Under the pieces are notes generated by a model. It did not search any database, had not been told where the DNA came from, and saw nothing but the letters and a program-made list of their open reading frames with translations. A DNA stretch of 64,000 nucleotides from Mobula hypostoma (lineage: Eukaryota): contig NC_086108.1 in assembly GCF_963921235.1 (NCBI RefSeq), forward strand, positions 7,192,001 to 7,256,000. Direction: 5' to 3'. Made by a program: the position numbers and the translations under genes. Shown here one piece after another: positions 52,481 to 64,000 of the stretch; within the stretch, counting starts at the first letter, position 1, and each line of letters starts with the position of its first letter.

Positions 52481-54911
52481 TTAAGTTCCTTGGTGTTACC
52501 GTTTCAGACAATCATTCCTGGGCCCAGCACATCAGTGTCATTATGAAGAAAGCACAGCAGCACCTCTACTTTCATAGAAGCTTGCGTAGATTTGGCACGT
52601 CATCTAAAACTTTTTCAGATTTCTATAGGTGTACGGAGGAGAATATATTGTCCAGTTACATCACAGCCTGATGTGGAAACACCACTGGCCCGAATGGAAA
52701 ATCCTACAAAAAGTTGTGGATACAGGCTAGATCATCACGGGTAAAGCCCTCCGCACTATTGAGCACATCCACATGGACTGCCGTTCCAGGAAAGCAGCAT
52801 CCATCATCTGGGACCCCCACCACCCAGGACATGCTCTCTTCTCGCTGATGCCATCAGGAAGGGGGTACAGGAGGTACAGGAGCTTCAGGACTTGCACCAC
52901 CAGATTCAGAAACAGTCATTACCCCTCAGGCATCAGGCTCTTGAACCAAAGGGGATAATTTCACTCAATTTCACTTGTCCCATCATTGAAATCTTCACAC
53001 AATCTATGGACTCACTTTCAAAGACTCTTCATCTGATGTTCGAGGTATTTATTGCTTATTTATTTTCTTATTTTTTTTGTATTTGCAGAGTTTGTTTTTT
53101 CCCCACTAGTTATCTGTCTTGTTGTGCTTCTTTGTACTTACTGTGAATGCCCATAAGAAAATGAATCACGGGGTTGTATATGGTGTCAACTATGTACTTT
53201 GACAATAAATTTACTTTGAAGGTGACTGGAAGAGACTATAAGTGGATGTCAGAGGTAAGTTTTTAACAGAGAGTGATCGGTGTGAGGCTCTATGACACTC
53301 ATTTGGGGGACACAGTAGAGTAATGGTTAGCATAATGCTGTTACAGTGCCAGCAATCCTGGTGGCTGCTGATGGAGTAACAGCTCTCTGCTGGTGCTCCT
53401 AACTTACTTACTTTTGTCTCCAACCTTTTGAAATACTACTGTTAGACGGGTTATTATATTACTATGACTACCAAAGCAGCTTTGGAAGCTATTCAAAAGC
53501 GTACTGAGGAGTTTCAACAGTTCAGAAAAGAAGTGTCGGCTGATTTGCAACAAATCAGCGCTGAAATTAAACAAATAGGTACGAAATTAGACGATATTCA
53601 AGCAACTCTAACCGAGCATGATAAGAAGAGAAAGGTACATGAAGATGTTATTACTATACTGGACGAGAGAATGGATGATTTGCAAAAGCTGTATGAAAAA
53701 CAATCCAAGTCCAATGAAATAATGAGGCAGAAGATGATTGATTTGGAAAACAGAAGTAGGAGAAACAATTTACGAATCTTGGGACTTAAAGAGCAAACGA
53801 AAGGAGATAATCCTAAAGAATTCTTTGCAAACCTTTTAATGGAATTATTCCCTGATATTATAAAGTCTCTGCCTTTGATTGATCATGCTCACAGATCGCC
53901 TATCTACGGATCGACTTCCAAATCAAAACCAAGATCAGTCATTATATATTTCCATGAATTTCAAATAAAGGACCACCTGATTCATGATGCCCGTGGAAAA
54001 GGTATGATTGACTACCAAGATGAAAAGATTTGTGTTGTTGAAGACTTTCCATTAGAAGTTATGGCATAACATGTTAAGTTTAAAAAAACTATGGCGGAGC
54101 TATGCAGCCAAAACTTTAAATCCTCTCTTTGCTCTCCGGCTCGACTGAGAATTACAATGGAAGATGGATCATTTAAATGGTTTTATATGAAGGAGCAGGT
54201 GCAAGAATTTTTAGACTCAAAAAATGACTGTTCACATATATTGAATAGATTAAAAATCTTGCAAAAACAGAAATACTACATAATAAAAAATGACTGTTTA
54301 ATATTTTTCAGTATGAATAATTGCTATTTCTGTTCGATAAACCTGTCTAAGCTTGCTTTTCACTGTACATTATTTAGTCTTGGTTGGAACAGTAAATAAC
54401 CTTGAATTCTTTCGAGCAGTTCCAACAGGATTTCTAAGGGAATGTGTTTAGGGGAGGTAGATAGCGGTTGTTCTTTGACCGAGTTTCTCTCTTTGGGAGG
54501 AGAGAGGGGGATGGGGAGTTCTTTTCTTTTAAAGCTGATTTGGGAATCTAGCCAATTCTGTTGCTTAGCTAATATATCTCAAGGTATATTATTTGGGTTT
54601 AATATACATTTTTCTGATTGCTACTTTAACCTTATAAATAGTTTTAAAATGTACCAAAGTATTAATGTACTTAGTTTTTACATGAAAGGGCTAAATCACC
54701 CCGTGAAAAGCAAAAAGATTTTTGCCTATATTAAAAAACTTAAGGTACCAATTGCTTTTCTTCAAGAAACCCATGTATGTAAGTGTGACAATTCACGTCT
54801 TTTTAATCAATGGAGGGAATCTCATTTCCATTCCTTGTTTCAGGCCAAGTTAGAGAGGTTTCAATCCTTATAGATAATAAAGTTCCCTTTGCTCAACATA
54901 AAGTAATTTCA

Positions 54912-55165
54912 TAAGCAGTATCCTATAAAACCAGATGCACTGGCAGCTGTCCAGGGTATAGTGGGGGAACTAAAACACTAGGGGATACTCAGAGAGACTA
55001 AGGCCACTACTAACTCACCTATATGGCCAGGAAAGAAACCCGACAGGTCATATCGGTTAACAACAGACTATGTCCTGGAGACAGGCCATTCAGGATTGTT
55101 GCAGGGCTCACCACGATGGGATGCAATCTGGGCATGGTCTTATTAAGGGCGGTACAGTATAACAG
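54912..55165 (+). mobile_element. Retroviral-like pol fragment inserted in the L1 endonuclease region
   Basis: 54913-55071 translates as KQYPIKPDALAAVQGIVGELKH*GILRETKATTNSPIWPGKKPDRSYRLTTDY. L1 homology stops at KVIS and resumes at NGRFVIVSG (55166). Confidence 0.75.
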
Positions 55166-55392
55166 AATGGGCGTTTTGTTATAGTATCAGGGAAACTAAA
55201 CAACAAATTAATTGTATTTGCCAATGTGTATGCTCTGAATATAGATGACCCAGGTTTCTTTGAGCGTTTTTTTTTCTTCCATTTTTGCCAGATCTAAGTC
55301 TGTACTCATTGGTGATGGGTGGAGACTTTAATTGTTGCTTAGATCCAGTTTTAGATCGTTCATCTTCTAAACCAAAGATACCAAATAAATCA

Positions 55393-55581
55393 ACACACAC
55401 AAAATGCTGGTGGAATGCAGCAGGTCAGGCAGCATCTGTAGGAAGAGGTACAGTTGACGTTTTGGGCCAAGACCCTTTGTCAAAGATTTGTCATAGATGT
55501 TGCCTGACTTGCTGCGTTCCACCAGCATTGTGCGTGTGTTGCTTGAATTTCCAGCATCTGCAGATTTCCAAGTGTTTACGT
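55393..55581. mobile_element. Short inverted-repeat Penelope derivative inserted in the L1
   Basis: Penelope terminal sequence in both orientations, with a perfect 14-bp TSD TACCAAATAAATCA (55379-55392 and 55582-55595). Confidence 0.82.
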
Positions 55582-58500
55582 TACCAAATAAATCAGCTGT
55601 GTTTATTAATTTTTTTAATGAAATGTGGCATTGTTGATGCTTGGCGTTTTTTCATCCAGTGCATAAGGAATATTCATGTTTCTCTCATGTCCATCATACA
55701 TATTCCAGGATTGATTGTTTTTTTATTGATAGCCAAATGATTTCATCAGTTTGATCCTGTGAATATAAAGAGATTGCTGTTTCAGATCATGCTCCTGTGT
55801 TTCTATCTTTAAATCTCCCTGGTCTTCTTCAAACAAATAGATTTTGGCAATTTAATCTAACTTTGTTATCTGATAAAAAAAAATTTTAAGTTTAATGGAG
55901 AGACAAATTACTTTTTTTTTGAAGAGAATAAAGAGGAAACTTCGAGTCTTATCAGATGGGATGCCTTTAAGGCCTAAATTATTTCTTATACTGCAAGTAT
56001 TAAGAGAAAAGCTAATAAAGAGAGAAGTGATTTAGCCAATCAGCTGGAACAGTTAGACCAAGAGTATGCCTTGGCTCCAGAACCTGCCTTATATAAAAGA
56101 CATGTTGAAACTAAAACTAAATATGATCTCCTTTTAACCTGTCCAATTGAAACCCAACTCCTAAAAGATAAAAGTCAATTTTATATTCATGGAGATAAAA
56201 CAGGTAAATTATTGGCTGATCAAATTAAAACCTTTATAGCTAAACAGCAGATTAAAGCAATATGCAAAGCTAATGGTGATAGGATAACTGATTATTTAGA
56301 AATAAATGATACTTTTAGAGAATTTTACTCTAAACTCTATAGTTCTGAATCTTCTAAGGATAACATTGTAATGAACAATTTTTTTTAGATCAACTAAACA
56401 TTCCTACAATTTCTGCCGACAACAGAAAGTTGTTGGACAACCTATTTCTTTTGAGGAAATTGTTGAGGCTATGCGCTCATTATGTTTGAGGAACGCTCCG
56501 GGTCCAGACGCAGTTTCTGGAGAATTTTACAAGATCTTTTCCTCACTGCTTATACCTCATTTATGTTCAGTTTTTTTGGATTCATTTAAGTCGGGCAGAC
56601 TCCTTCTATCTTTTTATGAGGTTTCCATTTCGCATATTCTTGAAAAGAATAAGGATCCAACAGAATGCTCTTCTTATAGACCAATTTCTTTACTTAATGT
56701 TGATACTAAGATCCTATCTAAAGTTTTGGCCCATAGGATTGAAAATATTTTACCATCTATCATTTCCAATAACCAAACTGGGTTTATCAAAAATCGATAT
56801 TCTCACTTTAATAAATGTTATTTATTCTCCTTCTAACATAGTATCGGAATGTATGATATCCCTAGATGCTGAGAAAGTTTTCAACCGAGTCGAATGGAAT
56901 TATTTATTTAAAACTTTAGAAAAATTCAATTTTGGACCCGTTTTCATTCAGTGGATTAAATTACTTTATTTAGCTCCTTCTGCTAGGGAATTCTCATAAT
57001 TCCAAACCAGTTAAGCTTCAACGTGGCACTAGTCAAGGCTGCCCGTTCAGCCCTTTGCTTTTTGATCTGGCCTTAGAACCTTTAGCCATTGCCTTTCGAG
57101 AATCTAATGATATCACCGGTATTCTAAGGAGAGACACTATTCACAAAGTCTTGCTGTACGCTGATGATCTGCTATTTATTTCCAATGTTGAGATTTTGTT
57201 ACCCCATGCGCTTTCTTTGCTCTCCTGTTTTAGCCAGTTCTCAGGTTATAAATTAAACCTACATAAAACTGAACTTTTCCCTTTGAATAATTTGATACCA
57301 ACAAATTCTAACCTTCCTTTTAAAATTGTAAGAAACCAATTTACTTGGGTGTAACAGTTACTGAAAACTATAAGCGTCTATTTAAAGATAATTTTCTTAC
57401 CCTATTGAATCATGTAAAAAGGATACTATCAAATTGGTCGCCTCTTTCATTATCGCTGATCGGCCGAATTAACTCTATTAAAGTGAATATATTACCTAAA
57501 TTTATATATCTTTTTCAGGCATTGTCTGTTTCTATTCCTAAATCTTTCTTTGATTCTCTTGACTCTATTATATCTTCTTATATATGGAAGAATAAGCATT
57601 CTAGATTAAATAAAATTCATCTTCAGAAAGATAAAAAGAATGGAGGATTAGCCTTACCAAACTTTAGATTTTATTACTGGGCAGTTAATGTAAGAAATCT
57701 TACATTTTGGTTATATTACATTTATCATGAGGATTGCCCGATGTGGGTTTTCTTAGAAGCTAATTCTGTTAATAAATTTTCTTTTATTTCTCTTCTTGGA
57801 TCCTCACTTCCTTTGTCTCTGAGCAAGTTAACTGATAATCTGGTAGTTAAACATACTATGAGGATTTGGATACAATTCTGAAAATACTTTGGCTTATTGA
57901 GATTTTCTCTTTCAAGTCCCATTTTTTCTAATTTTTTAAAAAACTCTATGATTGATGTGGCTTTTAAAGAATGGGACAGATTAGGTATTAAATGCTTTCA
58001 GGACTTGTTTGTAGATGGAGGCCTCTTTTCGTTTGAACAACTGTCAACTAAATATAGTTCAACCAAAACTCATTTTTTTCTATACCTACAAATAAGAGTT
58101 TTTACAGTCTCAAATAGGTACATTTCCTAAAAGTCCTGATAAGAATCTACTAGATGCAATTTTAAATTTGAAACCTCTTTATAATGGATCTATATCTAAT
58201 ATTTATAATATGCTGTTGGGAATGAGAAGTGTTCCTTTAGATAAAATTAAAAATCTTTGGGAACAAGATTTAGAGACTTCAATTTCTGAGGAAACTTGGA
58301 ACAAATTTTTTAATTGGTTTACACTTCATCATTATGTGCCCGCTACTCTCTCCTACATTTTAAAGTGGTCCATAGGGCCCATATGACCAAGGATAAGTTG
58401 TCTCATTTTTATTTAGATATATCTCCATATTGTGATAAATGTAATAATGGAGAAGCTTCACTCATTCATATGTTTTGGACATGTCCGAGTCTTGGAAAAT

Positions 58501-61284
58501 ATTGGAAAGAAGTATTTCAAACTTTCTCGATACTTTTCAAAGTAAACTTTAAGCCTAATCCTTTCACTGCTTTATTTGGTATTGTTGGAGGAAAGGATAT
58601 TATTTTGGAGTTATCTGACTTGCACATTCGCTTTTATTTCTCTTATGGTCAGAAGGACGCTCTTGCTTAAATGGAAAGATGCGGCCCCTCCTATTCATGG
58701 TCAATGGTTACGTGATGTGATATCATGTTTAAATTTAGAGAAGATTCAATGTTCAATCTCTGAATCTAGCCAAGACTTTCAAACATTGTGGAGACCTTTT
58801 TGAATTATTTTCAAAACTTTTGATTTGCTGGTAAAGCACAGATGACGACTAATATTTTTTTTCCTTTTTTTCTTTACTAATCAGCTTCGGTCTTGGTTTG
58901 ATTTTTTTATATAATAAAATTACTATATTTCAATGTTATGAATTAATTAATCTGCATGAATATAAGGTAAGGAGTCTTTATATGTGATTTAGTATAATGT
59001 ATTGAAAGATCTTTTTTCTTGTACTCTGTATTCTTATATGTAAAATTAATAATAAAAATATTGGAAAAGACAATAAATTTACATTGAAGGTGACTGGAAG
59101 AAACTATAAGCGGATGTCAGAGGTAAGTTTTTAACAGAGAGTGATCGCTGTGAGGCTCTAGGACACTCATTTGGGGGACACAGTAGAGTAACGGTCTCAG
59201 TGCCAGCAATCCAGGTTCAATTCCTGTCGCTGTCTGTAAAGTGTTCATAAGACCATAAAAATATAGTAGCAGAATTACACTCATCGAGTGTACTCCGCCA
59301 CTTCATCATGTTTGATCCATATTTCCTCTCAGCTCCAATTTCCTGCTTCTCCCCACATCCCTTCATACCTGAGCAATCAAGAATCCATCAATCTCTGCCT
59401 TAAACATATGTAAAGACAACCTCCACAGCTGCATCTGGCAATGAATTCTATGATTCACCACCCTCTGGCTAAAGAAATCCCTCATCTCCCTTTTAGAAGG
59501 ACGCCCCTCTATTCTGAAGTTGTGTTCTCAGGTCTTAAGATTCCATCACCGTAGGAAACATCCTCCCCACATCCACCCTATCGAGCCCTTTCAACATTTG
59601 ATAGATTTCAATGAGGTCACCTCTAATTCTTCTGAATTCCAGTGAATACAGGCCCAAAGTCTTCAAACACTCATCATATGACAAGTCGTTCAATCCTGGC
59701 ATCACTTATATCTTCTCCCCGAGGCCGCGTGGGTTTCCTCCCATATTCCAAAAACGCGTGGATTAGTAGATTAGTAGGTCATATTGGTGTAATTGTGCGG
59801 TATGGACTCACTGAGCCAGAAGGGCTCATTCTGTGCTGTGTCTTGAAATCAATAAAAGACATTAAAAATAATTACAATACAGAGTAACCTACGGTTTATG
59901 AAAAAGTAAGGTATCTCAGAAGTATCTGTATGGAAAATCACATCACTGGTAAGTTGGAGACACAAGAGGTTCTGCAGATGTTAGAAATCTTGAGCACCAC
60001 ACACAAAATGTCGATGAAGGGTTTCAACTCAAAACATTCATTGGTTATCCCTCTTCATTGATCGGGGGTTCCCAACCTGGGCCCACAGATCCCTCGCTTA
60101 ATGGCATAAACGTGGTTGGGGACCCCTACCATGGATTCTGCTTGACCTGATCTGATCAGTTCCTCCAGTGTAATTGTGTGTGTTGCTTGTTGGTAAAATG
60201 GCTCATTATAGTCTCATGTACTGAACTGCTGGGTGGTGGGGTGGAGATAAGTCTCTACCAAAGGAGGTGAAAGGCGCTGCTTCCCTCTGCTAGCCTGCAG
60301 GTTACCCTTGGGTAAGGTGTAGCATTGGCTTAGGCCAGCCCCGCCCCCCCCCAATGAAGGTCATGTGAAGTCGTGGGAGCAGGTGGTGGATGGTCGTATG
60401 CGCGGCCGGTGCAGATCACAAGTCCTGGTTGTGCGACCACTGACGTCGGGCAGACCATCTCTGAAGAGTATTGATAATGGCTAGGATCACCCATCTTGTA
60501 AAGACACTGCCCAGAAGAAGGTAATGCCTAACCACTTCTGTGGAAAAATTTGCCAAGAACAAACACGGTCACAAAAAGACCACGATCACCCATGTCACAC
60601 GACACGGCACAAAATGATGATGATGATGAATTTCTAACAGTGACTTCCCAGACTAACTCAGTTCTTTCAATGTCAGACACAATAACAATGTTATGACAGA
60701 ACCACAAATGCGGCTCACTGTTACAGTACTCCGCGACATCTTTGATGAATCTGCTCGTTTCAGTTGAATGAAAGTAATATTTCAGCAAAAGAACGTGAAA
60801 ATAAATCAGAGGAGTGTGGACGTACTACATTTCAGAGACAGACAGGACAGGGTTACTGAGTGCCAATACCTCAGGGAAAGCTGGCAACGTCTTTGGGGGT
60901 ATCAAATATTGAAAGGCCTGGATAGAGTGGATGTTTCCTATCGTGTTGGAGTCTAGCTCCAAAGAGCACAGCCTCAGAATAGAAGGATATCCCTTTAGAA
61001 CAGAGATGAAGAGGAATTTCTTTAGACTGAGGGCAGTGAATCTCTCGAATTCATTGTCACAGTCAGCTGTGGACACCACAAATTCAAGGTTGACTTGATT
61101 AGTCAGGGTATCGAAAGTTGTGGCGAGAAGGTAGGGGAACAGGGTTGAGACGGATAATAAATCAGCCATGATGGAATGGTTGTGCAAACTCGATGGGCTG
61201 AATGGCCTAATTCTATTCCTATATCTTAGGGTATTACAAAGAAATGTGGTTTAAATCTCCACTAGCGTCTGTTCAACTCCACGT

Positions 61285-61661
61285 CACCATTTGATTCAAA
61301 GTATTTATTGCACCACAGCATTGCCCAGATTAGACACAAAAATATACAATTCTAACAGTTCCCTTCGCCTCACGACAAAGACACGCCTGTTTCTAGTTTG
61401 TTAAAACTTCTTGTGCCGGTGGTGAGGACAAAATGCAGAAAGAGGCTGCAGTTTAACTAGCAATTGGAAAAAGTGAAGAGAGCCCTCTGGTGTAAATAAA
61501 ATAACTTCTGCTGATATTTTAAGAATCTCCGTTCCGAATCCACTAATTTCTCGCCTCAGTCCAACTAGTTTGGAGACATGATATAATACATTTCAACAAA
61601 TCATTCCGTGCCTTTCCACACAGGGATTGAAGTAGATGTCCTCATCCACAAGTCAGTCAAC
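61285..61661 (-). other. Candidate terminal exon of an upstream minus-strand gene
   Basis: On the minus strand: branch point CTAAC (61689-61685), a T-rich tract, acceptor TTTGCAG|GTTGACTGA at 61661, unique sequence, then AATAAA at 61309-61304. Confidence 0.35.
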
Positions 61662-61766
61662 CTGCAAACAACAACAATAATGTTGTTAGGAGAAAAGGCA
61701 AAAAACATAGAAGTTTTCATTCATTGCAAAGTAATCTTCAGTACCAATTGAAACAAGTCTCTATAT

Positions 61767-61846
61767 CAGGGGCTTCCCGCCTTTTTCATGCCACAGACCA
61801 ATACCATTAAGCAAGGGGTCCGTGGAGCCCAGGTTGGAAACCCCTG
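61767..61846. mobile_element. hAT-type MITE, 80 bp
   Basis: CAGGGG...CCCCTG terminal inverted repeats and a perfect 8-bp TSD CTCTATAT. Confidence 0.85.
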
Positions 61847-62694
61847 CTCTATATCAAATATCTACAGATGTATGGTGGGGCCACTGCAAGGGACTGAAAA
61901 AAGCTGCAGAGGGTTGTAAACTGTCAGCTTCATCACAGGCACTAGCCTCCCCACCATTGAAGACACCTTCAAAAGGCAATGGCTCAAGAAGGCAGCACCC
62001 ATCATTAAGGGCCTCTGCCACCCAGAACATGCCCACTTCTCATTGCTACCATCAGGGAGGAAGTACAGAAGTCTGAAGACACACACTCAATGATTCAGGA
62101 ACAGCTTTTTCCCCACCGTCATCCGATTTCTGCATGGACACTGAACCCATAAACACAACCTCAATATTTTTGCATTACTTATTTAATCTTCAATTTCTAT
62201 TTCTTATTGTAAGAAATGTTGTGCCCACCCTTAAACTCTGCATCCCATATAACTCCCCACCTTAAATTCCTCCATATACCTGTCTAGTACATGTATATAT
62301 ATATAGTATATGTGAGTATTGTATAGTACAGGCGCTACAAAACAGATTACACAACGTATGCCTGGAATGTACTGCCTGGTATGTTGGTAGGGGCAAATGC
62401 ATTAGAGGCTTTTAAAAGAAGTTTGGATAGACACATGGATGTAAGGAAGATGGAGGGATATGGACCTTGTGTAGGTAGAAGAGATTAGTGTTTGTGTGTT
62501 TTTGATTTGCTTCTTAGCTGGTTCGGCACAACACTGAGGGCCAAATGGCCTGTTCCTGTGATGTACTCTTCTATGTATGTATGCCTGTGATATTAAATAC
62601 GATTCTGATTTGATGTCTGATTTCCTCAGCTGCTACCCAAAGCAGAAAAAAAGAATTCAGGAAACGTGAAGCAATCAATACACGAATATAGTCA

Positions 62695-63245
62695 TAAACA
62701 CAAGAGGTTCTGCAGATGCAGGAAGTTCAAAGTAACACACACAAAATGCTTAAGGAACTCAGCAGGTCAGGCAGCATCTATGGAGGAGAATCAACAGTTG
62801 GTGTTTCAGGCTGACACCCTTCTTCAGGACTGGGGGGGGGAGTAGCTCGAATAAGAAAGTGGGGGGAGGGGGAGAGAGAGGACTACAGGCTGACAGGTGA
62901 TGGGGAAGATGGGTGGATGAAGTAAGAATATGGGAGGTGATAGGTGGAAAAGGTAAAGGGCTGAAGAATAGGGAATCTGATAGGAGGGGACAGTGGACTA
63001 TGGGAAAAGGGAAGGGGGAGAGGAAACTAGGGGGAAGGTGATAGGGAGATCAGGTGAGGGGAAGGTGGGTGAGGGGGGATGAAGTAAGAAGCTGGCAGGT
63101 GATAGGTGAAGCTAGGCTGGTTGAGGAGGGGTAATGAAGTAAGAAGCTGGCAGGTGACAGGTGGAAGAGGTTAGGGGCTGAAGAAGGAGGAATCTGACAG
63201 GAGAGGAGAGTGGACTATGGGAGAACGGAAAGGAGAAGGGGCACC
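62695..63245 (-). mobile_element. Older Penelope-derived non-coding element with tandem purine-rich units (similar copies near 4378-4510, 18430-18857, 33845-34335, 36515-36650, 41968-42295, 43190-43450, 59955-60190)
   Basis: Shared TTCTGCAGATGCTGGAAATCCAGAG...CACACAAAATGCTGGAGGAACTCAGCAGGTCAGGCAGCATCTATGGAG-type head with a degenerate hammerhead core. Confidence 0.75.
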
Positions 63246-64000
63246 ATTCTATTATTCTAGTTGCTTTTTTGGTTGGATCAGTTACTTGGGATTTACCTGC
63301 ATCCACCACACTGTACAAAACTGCCCTCAGATTGGCATCTCTTTTACCATTTTGAAGTCACGTTACCAAGTAATGGGCACGATTTACTGCGTCCAAGTTT
63401 CTGGACCATTTTCCAACACACAGCTTGGGGTCACTCAGAACTCACGCACCCATTGGACTCAATAACCACCCCTGCTTGTGTTTTATCTTTTTCAATTCCG
63501 GAGCAGAGTTGCAGAGAACATTCTGGGCCACTGCTCAATGCTAGTCTTAATAATCCAGTTATAATCCATGTTCAGTATGGAGCAACATCTCACAAACTGT
63601 CCACACAAGACCAGCAGATTCAGGAATGATTTCACTTCTGACACTGGAGAAAATCTCGATTGCAACCCAATTTGGAGTCTACCACATTTGAAAGGGCTTA
63701 AACTTTTCATCAATAGCATCCAGCCAATCAGAATCAGGTTTAATATGTCTTGAAATTTGCTGTCTTTGTGGCAGCAGTACATGATAATAGAGAAACATTG
63801 TGAATTACAGTAAATATATATATAAATATGTAGTGCAAAAATAGAAATAAAAAAAGTAGTGAGATAGCGTTCATAGATTCAATGTCCATTCAGAAATTGA
63901 CATTTCTGGCAGAGGGGAAGAAGCTGTTCCTTAATCATTGAGTGTGTGTCTTCAGGCTCCTGTACCTCCTCCCTGATGGTAGCAATAAGAACAAGGCATG

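Larger units (their letters stand above)
53359..59068 (+). mobile_element. Full-length but decayed L1-clade LINE
   Basis: ORF1 at 53464 has a coiled coil, DLENRSRRNNLRILGL, AHR, PR and PARLRI. ORF2 from 54649 has [33 protein letters not shown] and CDKC...HMFWTC, with many stops and frameshifts. A-rich end. Flanked by a long direct duplication. Confidence 0.93.

Noticed and set aside
60231..60340. HDV-like ribozyme at the 5' end of the RTE-related element
   Set aside because: A P1-like pairing is possible (GGGTGGT with GTTACCC), but I could not build a convincing P1.1, P2 or catalytic J4/2 by eye.

Overview
Repeat-dense vertebrate genomic DNA, most likely from a cartilaginous fish (shark/ray). 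This is an inference from the HE1-like V-SINEs, HER1-like CR1 LINEs and Neptune Penelope elements. Two single-exon host coding regions are well supported, both on the minus strand: an ANKRD63-like ankyrin-repeat gene (2248-4155) and an InaF-motif (INAFM-family) membrane protein with an unusually long Ser/Thr-rich tail (44533-46131). A possible terminal exon of a third minus-strand gene lies near 61.3-61.7 kb. Most other sequence is nested mobile DNA: two CR1 families (one with an uninterrupted ORF2), a decayed full-length L1, Neptune-type Penelope elements and short derivatives carrying minimal hammerhead-ribozyme motifs, Rex1/Babar fragments, Tc1 and Sola2-like remnants, hAT MITEs, three SINE types and a solo LTR. 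I cannot show a wholly new biological system. The best leads are the hammerhead-bearing inverted-repeat Penelope derivatives, a foamy/class-III-like retroviral pol fragment captured inside the L1, a ~150-bp duplication flanking that L1, a LINE-donated stop codon in the ANKRD63-like gene, and the extended INAFM ectodomain. All family calls come from reading motifs by eye, not from database searches, and boundaries of old repeats are approximate.
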